Below, piece by piece: positions 25,621 to 40,453 of a stretch of 64,000 nucleotides of DNA. The stretch is taken from assembly GCF_006345805.1 (NCBI RefSeq), contig NC_043005.1, positions 91,016,001-91,080,000 of the forward strand. The letters are read 5' to 3'. This stretch comes from Octopus sinensis (taxonomy: Eukaryota). Below the pieces are notes generated by a model that was not told where the DNA came from, did no database searches, and saw only the letters and a list, made by a program, of their open reading frames with translations. A program made the translations under genes and the position numbers. The first letter of the stretch is position 1. The number at the start of each line of letters is the position of its first letter.

Positions 25621-28600
25621 AAAAGATTTGAGTGAGGTCATTGCCAGTACTGGCGCTGTGTCTGTGGCACGTAAAAAGCACGGAGTGGTTGGCGTTAGGA
25701 AGGGCATCCAGTTGTAGAAACTCTCCCAGATCAAGATTGGAGCCTTGTGTGGCCGTCTGGTTCACCAGCCCTCAGTCAAAATCGTCCAACCCATGCTAGC
25801 ATGGAAGGTGGACGTTAAATGATGATGATGATGATATTTACCATATGAAATACGATGAAAAAATATAAGAAAGATATGGTATATGATTTTTTTTTTTGTG
25901 CAGGAGTTCCTTGAGACATATAATTTATTTCAAGGGTTATGCAAGGGTAAAAAGTGTTGAGAAACACTGGTATAAAGAGTTTAAACTCTTACAGCTCTGG
26001 TCACTGACATGTGAGTAGTTTAGAGTGCTAACTTTAAACAACAATACTGACAAACCTAAAACAAGAGTATGTTATAGCACAGACCACATCCAAAATTGAA
26101 ATCACAAACAAAAGTAATTTATACAATAACTAACAAAAGATACATTTTTAGATGAAAGAAAGTAAAAAACAAACATCAATCTATCATTAGATGAAAGTGC
26201 ATGTCTTATGACTTTTTGTTCTGAAACAGCTTAGAGATATTTTAGAACCAGTTTCCAATCACATTATAGTACCTACAAAAGATGTATAATGAGCTAAAAG
26301 TTAAATATAATGGCTCAAAATTCATTGTCATATTCAAATATTAGTGTTGATAACATATGTATGAGTACATGCGTAGGCATGGAAATCTGAGCACTGTGAG
26401 TTGGAAAGACGTGTGTGTGCGTGCACACATGCATCTGTATGTGTATGTCTATGTTCAGCAAAGGAATAATTAGATTAATAAAATGTTGTGTACAGCATTA
26501 GAGAGAGGGGGGCAGGGGGAGAAATCACTCTACAATCTTTCAGAATTTGATTTTCATGAGAGCTTTATCATTTGGCAACTCTACAATTCTCAAATACAGT
26601 GTAATTATTGGATGAAGAGCTGAGCATAATTGTTTGAAAAAGTATCATTAAAGACAATGAGTCTAAAATATTAAAGGTATTGGTCAATATATGGAAAATC
26701 AATTCTACTGAGATAGATATGTAATATCTAACAGTCAATTCTCAAATTCATTGAACTCATAGAAAACAATGTTAAGGTTGCAAAACAACTGTATGATCAG
26801 GCAGGTGAAACTGTGATGAAATCTTCCTTCGTAGAAACACCAATTTCTCGGTGTTACCATACAAATAAACACATACACACATGTACAGTTGTTACAGTGA
26901 TAGTTGGTACGAAAAGCATCATGTAAGTGAATATGTTGACTATGTTGAATACCACAAACATATATAGGGTATATATATATATACGGCACCTTGCTGTACT
27001 CAAGAAGACCCATCCTCCACAGCAGAAGTGTTAATGCCATTTTGCCTGTTGAAGAGGATTGGTCTGCAAGAGCCATGTGCTGGTGCCCCGTAGAAAGCAC
27101 CTGTGCTGGTGCCACTTAATAGCACCAAGCACACTCTATAAAGTAGCTGGTGTTAGGAAAGCCATCCAACCGTAGAAACCAGGCCAAATCAGACTTGAAC
27201 CAGGTAGCAGCTGTCTTATTTGCCAGCTCTAATCAAGCCATCAAACTATTGCCAGCATGAGAAAACAGACACTAGATGATGATGATGATTATATATATAT
27301 GAATGACATTGTATAGAATTATCATCATATTGATTTGAATCACCAATGTATTAATGATTTACAAAGGACATTCAATTCAACATAAGCACATTCAGACATA
27401 ATCAATTCTACTTAATTGCAGAGGCTCACTGACTGAAATTCTTATGCAATTAAGTAGAGTATACAATTAACCGAATTTGCAAGCATGCGATAAAAACAGG
27501 ATTTCAAAACATTGTCAATCATAAGGTTTTGTGGCCATGTTACACATGTGTGAATTATACAACAAAATATTCTTTTTTAATTATAATACATTTAATGTAT
27601 TTATAATTCACTAATTTTCTTCCAAGTCGAAGCTATGTTTTTTGCAGTGTAGTTATATTTTGATATAACAATCATATTCAATTACCCATGCCAAACCAGA
27701 TTCATATGTTTCAATTATGTTTTTAACACATTCTAAATAATTCTATAACAACTAGGGTTACATGGATTAAAATTTCAGTTGGACCAATTATAGATTATGA
27801 TCAGTAATTAAAACAAAATGATGTCCATTTAGCACTTGATTCAAAATTAACCTTTTATTTTTTACAAATTTTATTGACAACAAACGTTTATTTTTACTGA
27901 ACAATTTTATTTCCCAATTAAAAGTAACATAAAATTACACCAGAATTTGAACTTCAATAATCTTTAATTCATTGAACTCGCAAGAATAACTTAACTCATT
28001 TGACATCAGCTGTTTGTAAACATGAAACACCGGTGAACTGTCATTTAACTCATGAAAGTGGAAGTTTCTATAATCTATTTAGTTATATCATATCAAACAA
28101 ATGTTCAATTTCATGTCACATTCACCAAGTTTATACTTCAAAAACATCTTATGTGATTAACTAAAATTTTATTTAGATTTTATTCTAAATGGTTGTGCTT
28201 TCGAAAGTTATAAATTAACTGAATTATGTAATTAAATAGAATCAAATATATATATAATTATCATTATCGTTTAACATCCACCTTCCATGCTGGCATGGGT
28301 TGGACAGAACAAGAGCCAGCCAGACAGCAGCCTACACCAAACTTCTGTCTGTTTTGGCAGAGTTTTTACGGCTGGGTGCCCTTCCTAACACCAAACACTC
28401 AGCAGGGTGGACTGAGTGCTTTTTATGTGACACAAGCGCAGGTAAGGTCAGTTCTGGCAAAGTTTTTACAGCTGGATGCCCTTCCAAATGTCAACCACTT
28501 TACAGTGTGGACTGAATGCTTTTATGTGGCATCAGCACTGGCAGGGTCACCAAGTAACTTGCAAGACACAGATCCTTTGAGAGGGGAGGGGGTATCGAAG

Positions 28601-30246
28601 GAGGCGAACTTGTGCCAGATGATGAAAGGTTATAGTGAGACAGAGATGGAAACAGGTGTCTTACAGTAGATGAGGTACATGGTTACCAAGCCAGAGAGAG
28701 AGAGTGAGTGATCAGAAATGAAGACAGAAACAGGTGTACTGTTGTAAAGGAGATACATGATTACCCAGCCTAAGGGAAGAGCAAGAGAAGGAGGGGAGAG
28801 AGAAAGAGAGAGAGAGAGTGGAAGAGAGCAAAAGAGTGATGGAAGAACAGGCAGTAAAAGGAGACTGATTAGAGGAAAGAAAGAAAGAGAAAGGATAGGA
28901 TAGTAGAGAAAGAGAGAGGAGACTTGCAAAAATCAGAGCAACAGAGTGGAAGGGTGACAGAAAAAGGGAGAACTAAATACGAAAAGAGAAGTAAATAAAA
29001 TAGAAATGAAGAAAGAAGAAAATAGTTATAAGAGTCTTTTTTTCTTTGCTTTTGTCTCCAGAGAGCAATGATACTTTTTTTTTTTTTTGTCAGAGCCTCT
29101 GAGATTGATGGGAAATCATACCCAACCAGAGACCTGTTCTGAATTCTTACAAAACAAATGAGTTGAGAAAACTCAGGGACCAGGTGGTGATATGAAACTG
29201 GGTGACAGATTAAGTCTTCTATGAGAAGGAATACAAAGTAGAGATAATAAGAAAAAAAATAATAAAGAGGGAATGAAAGAATGGAGAAAGAGTGAGAAAA
29301 TATGATACAGAGACTCAATGACAAAAATGTTTGAAGACAAGGAAAAGAAAGCTGAAAGAAGGGAATGGGTAGCAGAGTAAGATTCCTCAAAATCATAATT
29401 CTTGAAAGGGTATGTCAGACATGTACGTACTTTTATATCATATGAAGAGTTATTTGTGGACATGCTTAACCACACACATACACACACACACATATGTATA
29501 TATTATCATTGTTTTAACATCCACTTTTCAATGCTTGGTATTTGTTGAGGTGGATTTTCTATTAGCTGGTTGCCCTTCCTGTCATCAATCCTCACCTGTT
29601 TTCAAGCAAGGTAATATTTCCTCTTGGCCTGGTATGTTTTTCATGGAAGATTAGAAATAAAGGGCACTGCTGGTATGATGGCAACTCTCGTTTATATCAC
29701 TGGTGTGATATCAAAACAGGGAGATACACACATGTACACACATGCACAGATATGAATGACAGGCTAATTTCAGTTTCCATGAACTAAATCTACTCACAAG
29801 ACATTAGTAAGCCTAGGATAGAGTAGAAGACTCGAGCCAACAGTGCCATGTGGGGGTGACTGAATCCAAATTTATATGGTTTAGAAGTAAACTTTTAAAC
29901 CACACAGTCATGTCTGCATGTGTGAGGGGGGGTATATATATCCATCCATCTGCTCTCACTATCCCTGGGGGTGGTTATGGGTGTAGAGTCCTCAGGCATC
30001 TCTATAGAGTCCTATCAGAAGCAACTGTCATTAGATTTTCCATCAGGATTCCCAAGTGCACCAAAAGTTTAACTGACAACCTGGATAAAGCTAATCAGAA
30101 GCCTGTATGATGTTGTTCTCTTTCTGCTATAGCATTTCATTCTACCAGAGTGCTCAACAGCAACCATTTTCATCTCAGGAATGCATAAAGACATGAAATT
30201 CTGTGTAATGAAATGTGAAGTAGCCTAAGCTACTTATATATGTATA

Positions 30247-30770
30247 TCATCATCATCATCATCATCGTTTAACGTCCGTTTTCTATGCTAGCACGGGTTG
30301 GACAGTTTGACCAGGATCTGGGAAGCAAGGAGGCTGCACCAGGCTCCAGTCTGATCTGGCAGTGTTTCTACAGCTGGATGCCCTTCCTAATGCCACCAGC
30401 ACAGAAGCCAGTCAAGGCAGCACTGGCATCGGCCACGTTCGGAAGGTGCTTTTTACGTGCCGCCAGGACAGGTATCGTAACTACAATTTCCATTGACATT
30501 TATTTTGATGTTGATGTACTTGACTCAATAGGTCTCCTCAAGCACAGCAGGTCACCCTATGATCCAAGGTAAGCACAGCAGGTCGTTCAGCAAATCCAAG
30601 GTGCTTTGGATGGGCTGGGGCTATGTGAAACTGGTACAGGAAGCAGCTCAGGTCTTTGCAGTCACAGCATATCTCCAGAGATCTCGGTCTTTCATCATTG
30701 TCTCTGTGAGGTCATGCTTGACTACCTCATCCCATGTCTTCCTGGGTCTACCTCTTCCCCTGATACCTTC
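30247..30770 (-). mobile_element. 3' end of the RTE-like LINE (ORF end plus 3'UTR and (GAT)n tail); further copies near 3135, 18520, 20790, 25620, 26985, 28260, 30890, 47130, 54745, 62858
   Basis: Minus strand GRGRPRKTWDEVVKHDLTETMMKDRDLWRYAVTAKT* followed by the shared TTAGGAAGGGCATCCAGCTGTAGAAAC...ACGTTAAACGATGATGAT tail. Confidence 0.85.
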
Positions 30771-30834
<64 letters not shown>

Positions 30835-31403
30835 TTTCCTACACACTGACTTCGCTAAGAAATATCTGGTAGTACCTATGACTAACATCATCCTCAGTTA
30901 ATGTCTGCTTTCCAGGCATGGGTTGGATGATTTAACAGGAGCTGGTAAGGCTGGGATCCACACTGACCTCCATTGTTCTGGCATGGTTTCTACAGCTGGA
31001 TGCCCTTCTTAATGCCAAGCACTTTACATAGTGTACTGGGTGCTTTTTATGTAGCACTATCGCCAGTGCTTATGTGGCACCATCACAGGTGCTTTTTACA
31101 GGGTACCATTACAAGTATATTTTACATAGTACCAGCACCGGTATCAACTCTGCTGTTGTGGACAGGTCTTCCTGAGTACAGCAAGGCACCAGATGTTTCA
31201 GCGCTTTGTCATCTCCTTCATAACATACAGTATCTTCAGATTGGCCTTCAGTACTTCATCCCATGTCTTCTTGGTTTCCATCTTCCATGAGTTCCACCCA
31301 TTTTAAGTGATGGCACTTCAGTACACAAAGTTCTTCAAGACTGTGCCCCAGCATGGCCACAGTCTAATGACTAAAACAAACAAAAGATAAAGATATATAT
31401 ATA

Positions 31404-31568
31404 GGTGCAGGAGTGGCTGTGTGGTAAGTAGCTTGTTTACCAACCACATGGTTCTGGGTTCAGTCCCACTGCAAGGCACCTTGGGCAAGTGTCTTCTACT
31501 ATAGCCTCGGACCAACCAAAGCCTTGTGAGTGGATTTGGTAGACGGAAACTGAAAGAAGCCCGTCGTA

Positions 31569-31622
<54 letters not shown>

Positions 31623-31840
31623 TGCGTGTGTTTGTGTGTCAGTATTTGTCCCCCTAGCATTGCTTGACAACCAATGCTGGTGTGTTTATGTCCCCGTTAC
31701 TTAGCGGTTCGGCAAAAGAGACCGATAGAATAAGTACTGGGCTTACAAAAGAATAAGTCCCGGGGTCGAGTTGCTCAATTAAAGGCGGTGCTCCAGCATG
31801 GCTGCAGTCAAATGACTGAAACAAGTAAAAGAGTAAAGAG
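31404..31840 (+). mobile_element. tRNA-derived SINE family A (CORE-like centre, internal (TA)n/(TG)n); whole or partial copies near 262-664, 14370, 20621, 21030, 21585, 22100, 22630, 23365, 31845, 45155, 54450, 55754-56770, 59290, 61438
   Basis: A box TGGCTGTGTGG, B box GGTTCAGTCCC, CCTTGGGCAAGTG core-like motif, shared tail ending ACTGAAACAAGTAAAAGAG. Confidence 0.88.
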
Positions 31841-32902
31841 AGACATGGCTACGAAGTAAGAAGTTTGTTTCTTGACCACATGGTTCCAGGTTCAGTCCCA
31901 CAACCTGTGGGGCACCTTGAGCAAATGTCTCCTACCATATCTTCAGGCCAACCAAAGCCTTGTGAGTGGATTTGGTAGATGGAAACTGAAAGAAGCCTGT
32001 CATATATAGATATATGTATATATCTATGTGTGTATGTCTCTGTTTGCCCCCATAACCGCTTGACAATCAGTGGTGGTGTGCTTATGTCCCTGTAACTTAG
32101 CAGTTCAGCAAAAGAGACTAATGGAATAAGTACTAGGCTTCAAAAAAATAAGTCCTAGGGTCGATTTGTTTGAATAAATTCCTTCAAGGTGGTGCTCCAG
32201 CATGGCCACAGTCAAATGACTGAAACAAGTAAAAGATAAAGATATATATATATATATATAATTAAAAAGAATCACCTGAGTAATTAAACATTCCACCCAA
32301 GTGACACACATTCCAAAAGAAAACACAAACACATGCCAAAAGCATACACTGACACCTACACAGATAAATGTGTTTTGTGTATCAGTTTATACACACAGTT
32401 TCTTTAGTATTTTAGGTCAGATATATATATATATATATATACATATATATATTATGATGGACATATTTAATCAAACACTCCCATTAAAATTTAAACAAAA
32501 ATGTAAATGGTGTTATAGGATTAATGTACAAGATGTGATGGAGCCATACATGAAAAAACAATTACCTTAGGCTCACACAGTAAGTAGAACTACAACAAAA
32601 TATTCAACTAAAACATTGTAAAAACACATTATGGTTAGGTGTGAGTTTCAATATATGGTGTCTAGTCAAAACAGTTTAATATATCAGCACAGTATATATG
32701 TTGGTTAAGAGTGCTGAAATCAATGTTATTACAATCAATGTTTACTATAGGAGGTCTCAGATGTAAGTCAGCCTTGCTTTTCATCCTTGCATGAACAAAT
32801 AAAATAAGTAAACAGCAATATATTGAAAGGCATCAGGTACACTAGTCTCACAAATCTAGGAGAGCCTGCAAAAATTGTGGACCCTCTTCTTCCTCCTCTA
32901 AA

Positions 32903-33171
32903 TCTCTATGTATATAAAGCTGAAGTTGTCTGTGTATGGTAGGTTTGGTAGCCTTCAACTAACACTATCTCCTCCAAGACCCTGCGGTGCAAGTTGACCA
33001 AAATTGGACAATTTTTTTACTGCTGTGTCGCCATTTTTCGGTGTATTTCAACCAGAAAAAATGTTCACTTAAAGAGAATAACAAGCTACATAATGCAAAA
33101 TTTTTACTTTTCAAAAATTCCAATTCTAAACTGTCGAAACAAACCCGAGCAACGCCGGGTGATACTGCTAG
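32903..33171 (+). mobile_element. Non-autonomous Helitron
   Basis: 5' TC start, 3' hairpin CCCGAGCAACGCCGGG followed by CTAG, inserted between A and T. Confidence 0.85.
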
Positions 33172-33499
33172 TATTTTACTAAGATAAACCAAGTTGTATA
33201 AATAAAAAACATGTCCATGACCTAAGAGAATTCTAATGGCTTCAGGATATTAAACAAAGGTAATAAATGTAGTTAGTCATTCAAGATAATCTGGTACCCA
33301 TTCTTCCTAACATCTAAATGAAATAGAGTTGAGAATTGAGTTAACTACCCAGACACACAGTGAAATAATGAGTTCAAAGGATTTCAACACAAAACTAATG
33401 CATGTCTGTCACTTCATTTCAGAAGAAATCAACTGTGGTTAAACTAGCATGGGATGGGCTCTATCAGGTCTAAAATGAGAGAGCCTAGCAACAAGAAGC

Positions 33500-34260
33500 T
33501 GGAATTTGCTGATTTTATGTTCATGGTGGAACAGGAAAAATATTTCTGGCCAGTTTATTGCTTAAAACAGAACTATTGATTGTATCCTGGCAGCTGCCAC
33601 TCCTTCCTGGAGGCTATACAATACATTCTGCTTTCAAAGTCCTTGGACTTAGACACAAAAGAGAGTTCTAGACAGGACAGTGTAGTATTTGAATGACAAT
33701 AGGTCTCAAATGAGAGGAGTAGCAGTGCTATTGTCAAGTGACTTTCATCAGAATGTGACAGTAATCACAAAAGGAACAAAAGCCTATGAAATTTGTGCTT
33801 ACCTTGAATTATCAAGTTTTTGGACCTAAGTTAGTATCTTCAAACTATTTACAAACATGAGAGTCAGTCCATTTTTAAGTTAAACTGTTTGGTCATTTTG
33901 CTAAAAATTTGTTGGAGAGGGAACGTTTCTTTCCAACATAAATTGCACTATGGACTCAGTTTCTATAAGCTCAAGGATTTAAAAAAAAAAACATACAAAT
34001 TGATACCAAAACTGTTCCTCAAACTGTAACACATTTTTACAAATATACAAGTGACTGTGTGAAAAACAAATGCTTGAGTCTATGGCATAACCTGGCAGCT
34101 GTTGCAAGCAGTCGTACTTGCAAATCAATAGACACTGTTGTGGATCACAAGTAGCACACTATCCTGTAGATCATTTAGATTCAATGGAACCTTCATGTCT
34201 ATTACAATATACACTTCAGCACAAATATTAAAATATCCCAAATAATGCAACTGCATAATT
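33500..34260 (+). mobile_element. Helitron PIF1-family helicase remnant
   Basis: GGTGKIFL (Walker A), LPGGYTIHSAFK, VLLSSDFHQ..VITKGTKAYEICAYL..KLFTNMRV, KSIDTV..HYPV; stops and frameshifts. Confidence 0.8.
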
Positions 34261-34369
34261 TATATCAGCTTATATTAAGAAACTTATGTCATATGTTATA
34301 AAGACTATTAATTTCACTGGACATACTAAAAGAGATATGATTATACTGAGAATGCCATCTATAAACAGA

Positions 34370-35760
34370 CCAGCTACACAAACTAAAAGAAGAATAATAG
34401 ATAGAGAAATGAAGGATATGAAAGTAGAGAAAGTTTCACTGTGGATAGATTCAAGTGTCTGACAGAGTAGAGCATGCACTACTCAACTACAATGTTAATC
34501 AAATAGTATATACCATGCAAAGGCAACGAAGATGCACTAGAAAGAGAAAATTACAGTGGCATCAAGTTGATGGACCAGATTATGAAAGTTACTATGTCAC
34601 AGCACAACTGATTAGGAAAAGAATTAGCCTAGAATGAGATGAAGCTTGACTTTGTGTCAAGAGATAGTATTGATCCTCGTGAGACGGCTACAAAGGAAGT
34701 GCTTAGCTAAAAGTAAGCTGCTGTACGCAACACTTGTTAATCTGGAGAAGGTCTTTGGCAAGATTTTACACACTGATATTTGGTAGCCATGAAGGAAACA
34801 AGATAATTGGCTTGTGAAGACCAGCTGTTCATGGGTACATCTATATATGCTGACACCCTTGTTCTTAATTTCAATCTATAGTAGAATAAGAGAGGCAATT
34901 CCTGATGTGAAAAGAATTTCTTGAATTGAGAGGCCACAAATTAAACTCAGTAAAGACCTCAGCTTTAGTAAGTAGAAAAGATAAAATGGCTGTACTCAAT
35001 ACACAGAAAAAGAGTAGGTAGAAATTCCATAAGGTACACCCAGTGTTGAAACTATAGATACACAAAAGATGAAGTGGAATCACAAGCATGCTAAAAGAGG
35101 AAGTAGACTTTGTATGCACCAAATGCTCAGGATCATTAAGCATTCAGAACATGCATGAACTAGACCTTCTCAAAATCCCTTAAGGCTTCCTAAAAGTAAT
35201 TGTGACTTTCTGTTACCTAAGTGAACTAATTAGCATTGAAGGTAGGTGCTTCAAAAGCATTATAAATAGAGCAAGAACACACTAGAGAAGATCCAGAGAG
35301 CTGGATTACCTCAGCTAGTAATAAAGGGATTCTCTCCCAGATTGAAGAGCAGATTGTTTGGTGATTGAGCATGAAATGCAATGCTGTATGGTAGCAAAAT
35401 GTGGGCTCTAAATACAAAAGATTTTTGTGAAGACTAGAAAGAAATTAAACATGTGTGTGTGTAACGTTAATATTCATAAACACTAGAGTACAAATTAGTT
35501 GAGAGAAAAGCTAGGTAAAAAAAGGGAATTAAATGTAGTGTGCCAAAAAGAAGACAGCACTGATATGGGCATGTAATATATATGGACAAAGATAGTTGTA
35601 TAAAGAAGTGCAGGATGCACCAAGTGGAAGGAGGGAGAGCTAGGAAGACAAGGGATGAAGCGATGAAGACTGATCTTAGTATGCTAAACCTGAGATTTAA
35701 CTATCTGGGAATGGGCAACATGAGTTAGAGAAGAACAGCGCAAGCATGCAAAACAAACAT
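34370..35760 (+). mobile_element. Highly eroded copy of the RTE-like LINE
   Basis: VNLEKVF, FVCTKCSG, VIVTFCYLSE and GRARKTRDEAMKTDL patches collinear with 58030-59285. Confidence 0.65.
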
Positions 35761-36929
35761 TAATTTACTGGTACTGATAGAGGCTGGGTGATAGATCTGT
35801 ATTTGGGTCTCTCACACAATATGCTCTTAAGTTTGTGTCTGCTGCCTCTTTGATTATTTCTCATCTCTCTATTAGCCATCCTCACTTCCATTCATTGTAC
35901 TATGATAACTCTATAACCAAGAGTAGTGGATCTTTCTTATTAACTGTACAAGGCATGGCTACATGGATATGAAGCCCATTTCATTACCACATGGTTTTGA
36001 ATTCTATATCACTGTGCAGCTGATGGAGTAAGTGTCTAATACTGTAGTCTCAGGCTAACCAATATATTTGAGAAGATCTGGTAAACAGAGACTGTACAGA
36101 AGCCCAGTCTTGATGAATGTTAACATGTTACATGAAAATACTGAGCTACAAATGATACTGTCTGTTGATATTCCCAGTCAACAAAATTATTCTCAAGCTC
36201 TGCACTTTTGAAGACAGGCAGAATAAAAAAAATCCCTTATTTGAATAGAGGTAAAGGTTAGCCATAGCAAGGACATCCCACTATGAAACAATGCCTCTCA
36301 ACAGTTGTGAACAGTTTAACATGGGACAAAAATTCAGACCAGAGTGTCAACTTTTAATATACCCAAACATATTTAAGATGGACTGGCAAAGAATTGGATA
36401 AAATGCCTTGTGTGTATTCATGCTGACTCTGAAGGTGAACTTCATATTTCATTCTTTTTGGGGCCAATAAAAAGTATAAATCCAGCGCAGCAGATTGTTA
36501 AAGCATCAGACACTAGGTGGTATGGATAGAAGAAACTTGCAAGTTTGGACAACTGTTTCTCATCCACAAAATACTTTGCCCAGGTATGTGCATGTAGGTA
36601 TAGATATATGGCCAATGTTGGGTAACACAGGTCCAAGATCTATATTTATATATATATATATATATATATAATTAACATCTTTATAGGTGCTATATTTCAC
36701 ATCCACTTTCTCATGCTTTGAAGGGTTAGATGATACTTTACAACCACATACCCTTCCTGATGCCAACCCTTTTGGTTGCACCTTACAACATGCAAGGATA
36801 TTGTACTCACTTCTAACACCTCTGAGATTACAAAAACAGCCATTAACAATGACATTCTCGAACACCTTGAACTCCTCTCTGTCTGTCTATCTATCTCCTC
36901 ACAGACTCAAATCCACAACAAAACTTCCT

Positions 36930-37720
36930 ACCTATGGGCTCCATTCACCTTTCATCACTTGAATTAGTAGCTACCTATCAATGTACAATCACATCATATA
37001 TTGATGGAGCTCTTTCTGCCTCGCTCTCAAATCACTTTTAGTGTACCCAGGATTCAGTTTTCTTCCTCACTCCCTTTTATATACATCAACCAAGTAAACA
37101 GTTTACCCAACAATACCAACCCTTACACAGACTAGTTAGAGTAAGCATTCTTTCCTCCCAAGTTTTCTCCAACCACACACCAAACCTGCATTGGTTTCAT
37201 GAATAGAAAAAGTGGGGACCATGAGAGCAAGCAACTTTGAGTGTTACTTTTTAATAACAAAAAACTCAAGAAAACACCACTACATCATACAACCTCACTA
37301 AGCATGAGCAACACTCAGCTAAAATTCTAATGGCTACACTAAATCCTGGGAGTGAATATTATTGGGGATCTCCCTCGGGGAAAACTCATCATTAACATTA
37401 TTATAATTACATCTCAAAGACTGACCAGAAAATATTTCAGCTCCTAACAGTTGCTGACTCTCTACACAGTTCAAATGATGCTCACAAGAGGATAGTACTA
37501 TTGTTGTACATACTGACATCTTAAATTGATCACATGAGAAAGCCACTTGACTTAGACCACTAACACACATACACTCCAGCCTCACTGCATCCTATTCCCC
37601 TCACCCCACAATAACTACTATGTTCAGTCTTCTCTTCCTAGAACATAAACTCTCTGAAATCTTTTCCTTCATGTCTTTCCTGTAAGTCTCAACTTACAAC
37701 AGTTTATATGGAGCATTAAT
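36930..37720 (+). mobile_element. Eroded CR1/L2/Jockey-type RT remnant
   Basis: Frameshifted GVPQGSVL.P.LFLIYIND-like segment at ~37040-37090. Confidence 0.45.
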
Positions 37721-38749
37721 GGCATCAAGCTCACTGGTCTCAGTGGCTCTTGAAAGGTCATACCATTGCTCATTCTTTCAAATTCAACACACACTCACAC
37801 ACACTATATCTAATATATAAATGATAATTTCTGTCTGTCTTCCTATTTGTTACTATCTTAGTACCTAGACCAGCAAACTAATATTCATGAAACTTTGCAT
37901 ACATTTTACACTAACATCCAGTTCAATAATTGGCAAATTGGATTTCAATAAAAATTTACAATGTGTCCCCCATGGGCATTGGGTCAATTATATAAAATGA
38001 AAAGGTTGCAAAAAGTATTAGTATAAGGGAAAGGTAGTAACAGAGAGAGGGTGACATATCAGTGACGGCGAGAACAGCAGTGGCAATGGGACAATAACAA
38101 TAATACAGCTGTCATAAACACACAACACTGCACACATACTTCCATAAATATATAGATACAAGGCACAAACACACAGAAAGGTGGGTATGAGGAATACGTA
38201 ACTTTAAGGAGAGGGGGTAGGTAGCTTTTCTGCTATCCATCGCAAAGAAACGCTCACACACACAAACATACATACATATACTTGTCTACTATACACCATT
38301 TTAAATTCATGATTACCTGTGTGTACATTTGTAAACATGTGTCATGTTCTATAACTCTCTGTCTCTCTACTTTTGTAGGGTCTTCCCTATTGCTGTTACA
38401 TGTTGTGAGATTTTAAAATTACATCAAAATTTCCAAATTTGTTATATTGAAATAATTTTATATGTTAAATCCAATTTTGTTATTTAATTGTTCCAGAAAA
38501 ATTGCAGTAAAATGTTACTGAGGTTTAAAGTTTAATCAATTTTACTTAATCAGAAAACAGGATTTGGAAGCTGGCATTTCCTGCATGATAGCTGTCTATC
38601 ATGAAATGAAAGCAAAATCATTAGGAGCAGGAAAGTAAAGCATTATGACAACCACAGTTGTAAGAACTTCTGAAGTTTTAATGAATAAAGTCATGTGAAA
38701 TGGTTGAACAGACATGTAAATGATTTAAAAAGGAAAAAAATCCTCAACT

Positions 38750-39835
38750 GAACGTCTGTAGATCTTTTCTCACTGCTTCATCCCATATCTTCCTGGATCT
38801 ACCCCTTCCATATGCTCTCTCTACAATTAGAGATCAGTACGTCTTGATGCAACTGTCTCCATTCATATGCATTACATGGCCATACCAGTGCAGTCTTCTC
38901 TCTTGCACACTACATCTGATGCTACAGATATCCAATTTTTCTCTCAAATCACTTACACTCTGTCAAATATGCACACTGATATTACCCATTCAGCAAAACA
39001 TACTGGTTTCATTTCTTTCAAGTCTTTGCATATCCTCAATAATCACAGCCCATGATTCACTACCATGCAGCATAGCTGTTTGTACACAGGCATCATATAA
39101 TCTGCCTTTCACTTTGAGGGAGAGGATCTTCATTACCAACAGAGGTAGTAGCTCTCTGAACTTTGCCCAGCCTGTTCTTATTCTAGCAACTATGCTTTTG
39201 AAACAACCACCCCAACTTCTAACCTGGTTTCCTAAGTAACTGTCAACTACTTCAAGGGCTCCCCCTGACATATGAAGGAGTCTATTCTTTATGCATTCCT
39301 GGTGTTTAATGTCCCTGCACATCTGCCACATGTAAAGACTACCTTCTCCATTAGTTGTCCAGTGATACCGCTGCACCTCTTATGTGTCCATAGCTTGCAT
39401 TGAGTACACCATATGGGGTTTCTTCCAACACCAGGAAGGCTGTAACTCCAAAAATAAACTAACTTTGGCAATGACAACCCATCCAGCCCTTACCAGTAAG
39501 GAAAGTGGATATAAAAGGATTTGGTCTGCAAGTGCCACATGAAAGCACCTATGCTGGCAGTATGTAAAAAGCTCCAGTGCCAACATCACGTAATAGCACC
39601 CATGCCAGCGCCACATTATTGCACACATGCCAGTGCCACATAACAGCTCCTGTGCTGGTGTCAAGTAAGAAGAACCCAGCACACTCTGTGAAGTGGTTGG
39701 TGTTAGGAAGGGCATCCAGCCAGAGAAACCAGACAAAATCAGACTGAAACCTGGTGCAGCTCTCTTGCTTGCCAGCTCTGGTCAAATTGTCAAACTCATG
39801 CCAGCATGGAAAACAGACGTATTATGATGATGAGG
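38750..39835. mobile_element. Same RTE-like LINE: coding part on minus (38750-39480) joined to its 3'UTR on plus (39510-39835)
   Basis: ORFs 38990..39376 and 39289..39477 (CKLWTHKRC, KGRLYDACV, HGSESW); 3' tail ends in GAT repeats. Confidence 0.8.
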
Positions 39836-40422
39836 AGGAGGATTATATGTATGTGCGTGCAGCACTATGATATTTAAAGCTTTCTCATAACATACACATT
39901 GATTAGATTTGCTTGGGTCATGCTGAAAACAACTTGCTGCTTCCACATATAGGCATATAACAATAAGAAAACAATGTATAAAGCTTTATACATAACAACT
40001 CCTTCAGATAAGATTTTTCAGCAGATTAATTTCTAAGAAAAACTGTGGAAAATACCATGAAAAAATCCTTGTGATACATTTCAAAACTAGTGATTAGCGA
40101 ATCAAAATGTGTTTAGCATTTGTGATAAACTGGTTTTATCTTTGGGTGTGGCTTATGATTGATGATATAAATAGCACATACTATCTGTTGCCTGTCTCAA
40201 ACTAAGTGAATGTTGTTCATTGTAGAAGAAGTTGTGTTTTGTAGTTAAATTTGGATTCTGTCATTGCTTATTTTGAAGGTAATGGGACTTGGCTCATGCT
40301 AGTTGTAAATCAACAATAAGTCAACTCAGGGTTTATGTTGTGCACTGGTACACATACAGAGACATGCATACATTATGTATGTCTCTTTACATATATAGAC
40401 ATCCACATATCTGCATGTATTC

Positions 40423-40453
<31 letters not shown>

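Noticed and set aside
33500-34260. Host PIF1 helicase gene
   Set aside because: Stops, frameshifts, no exon structure, adjacent Helitron ends; best read as a transposon relic
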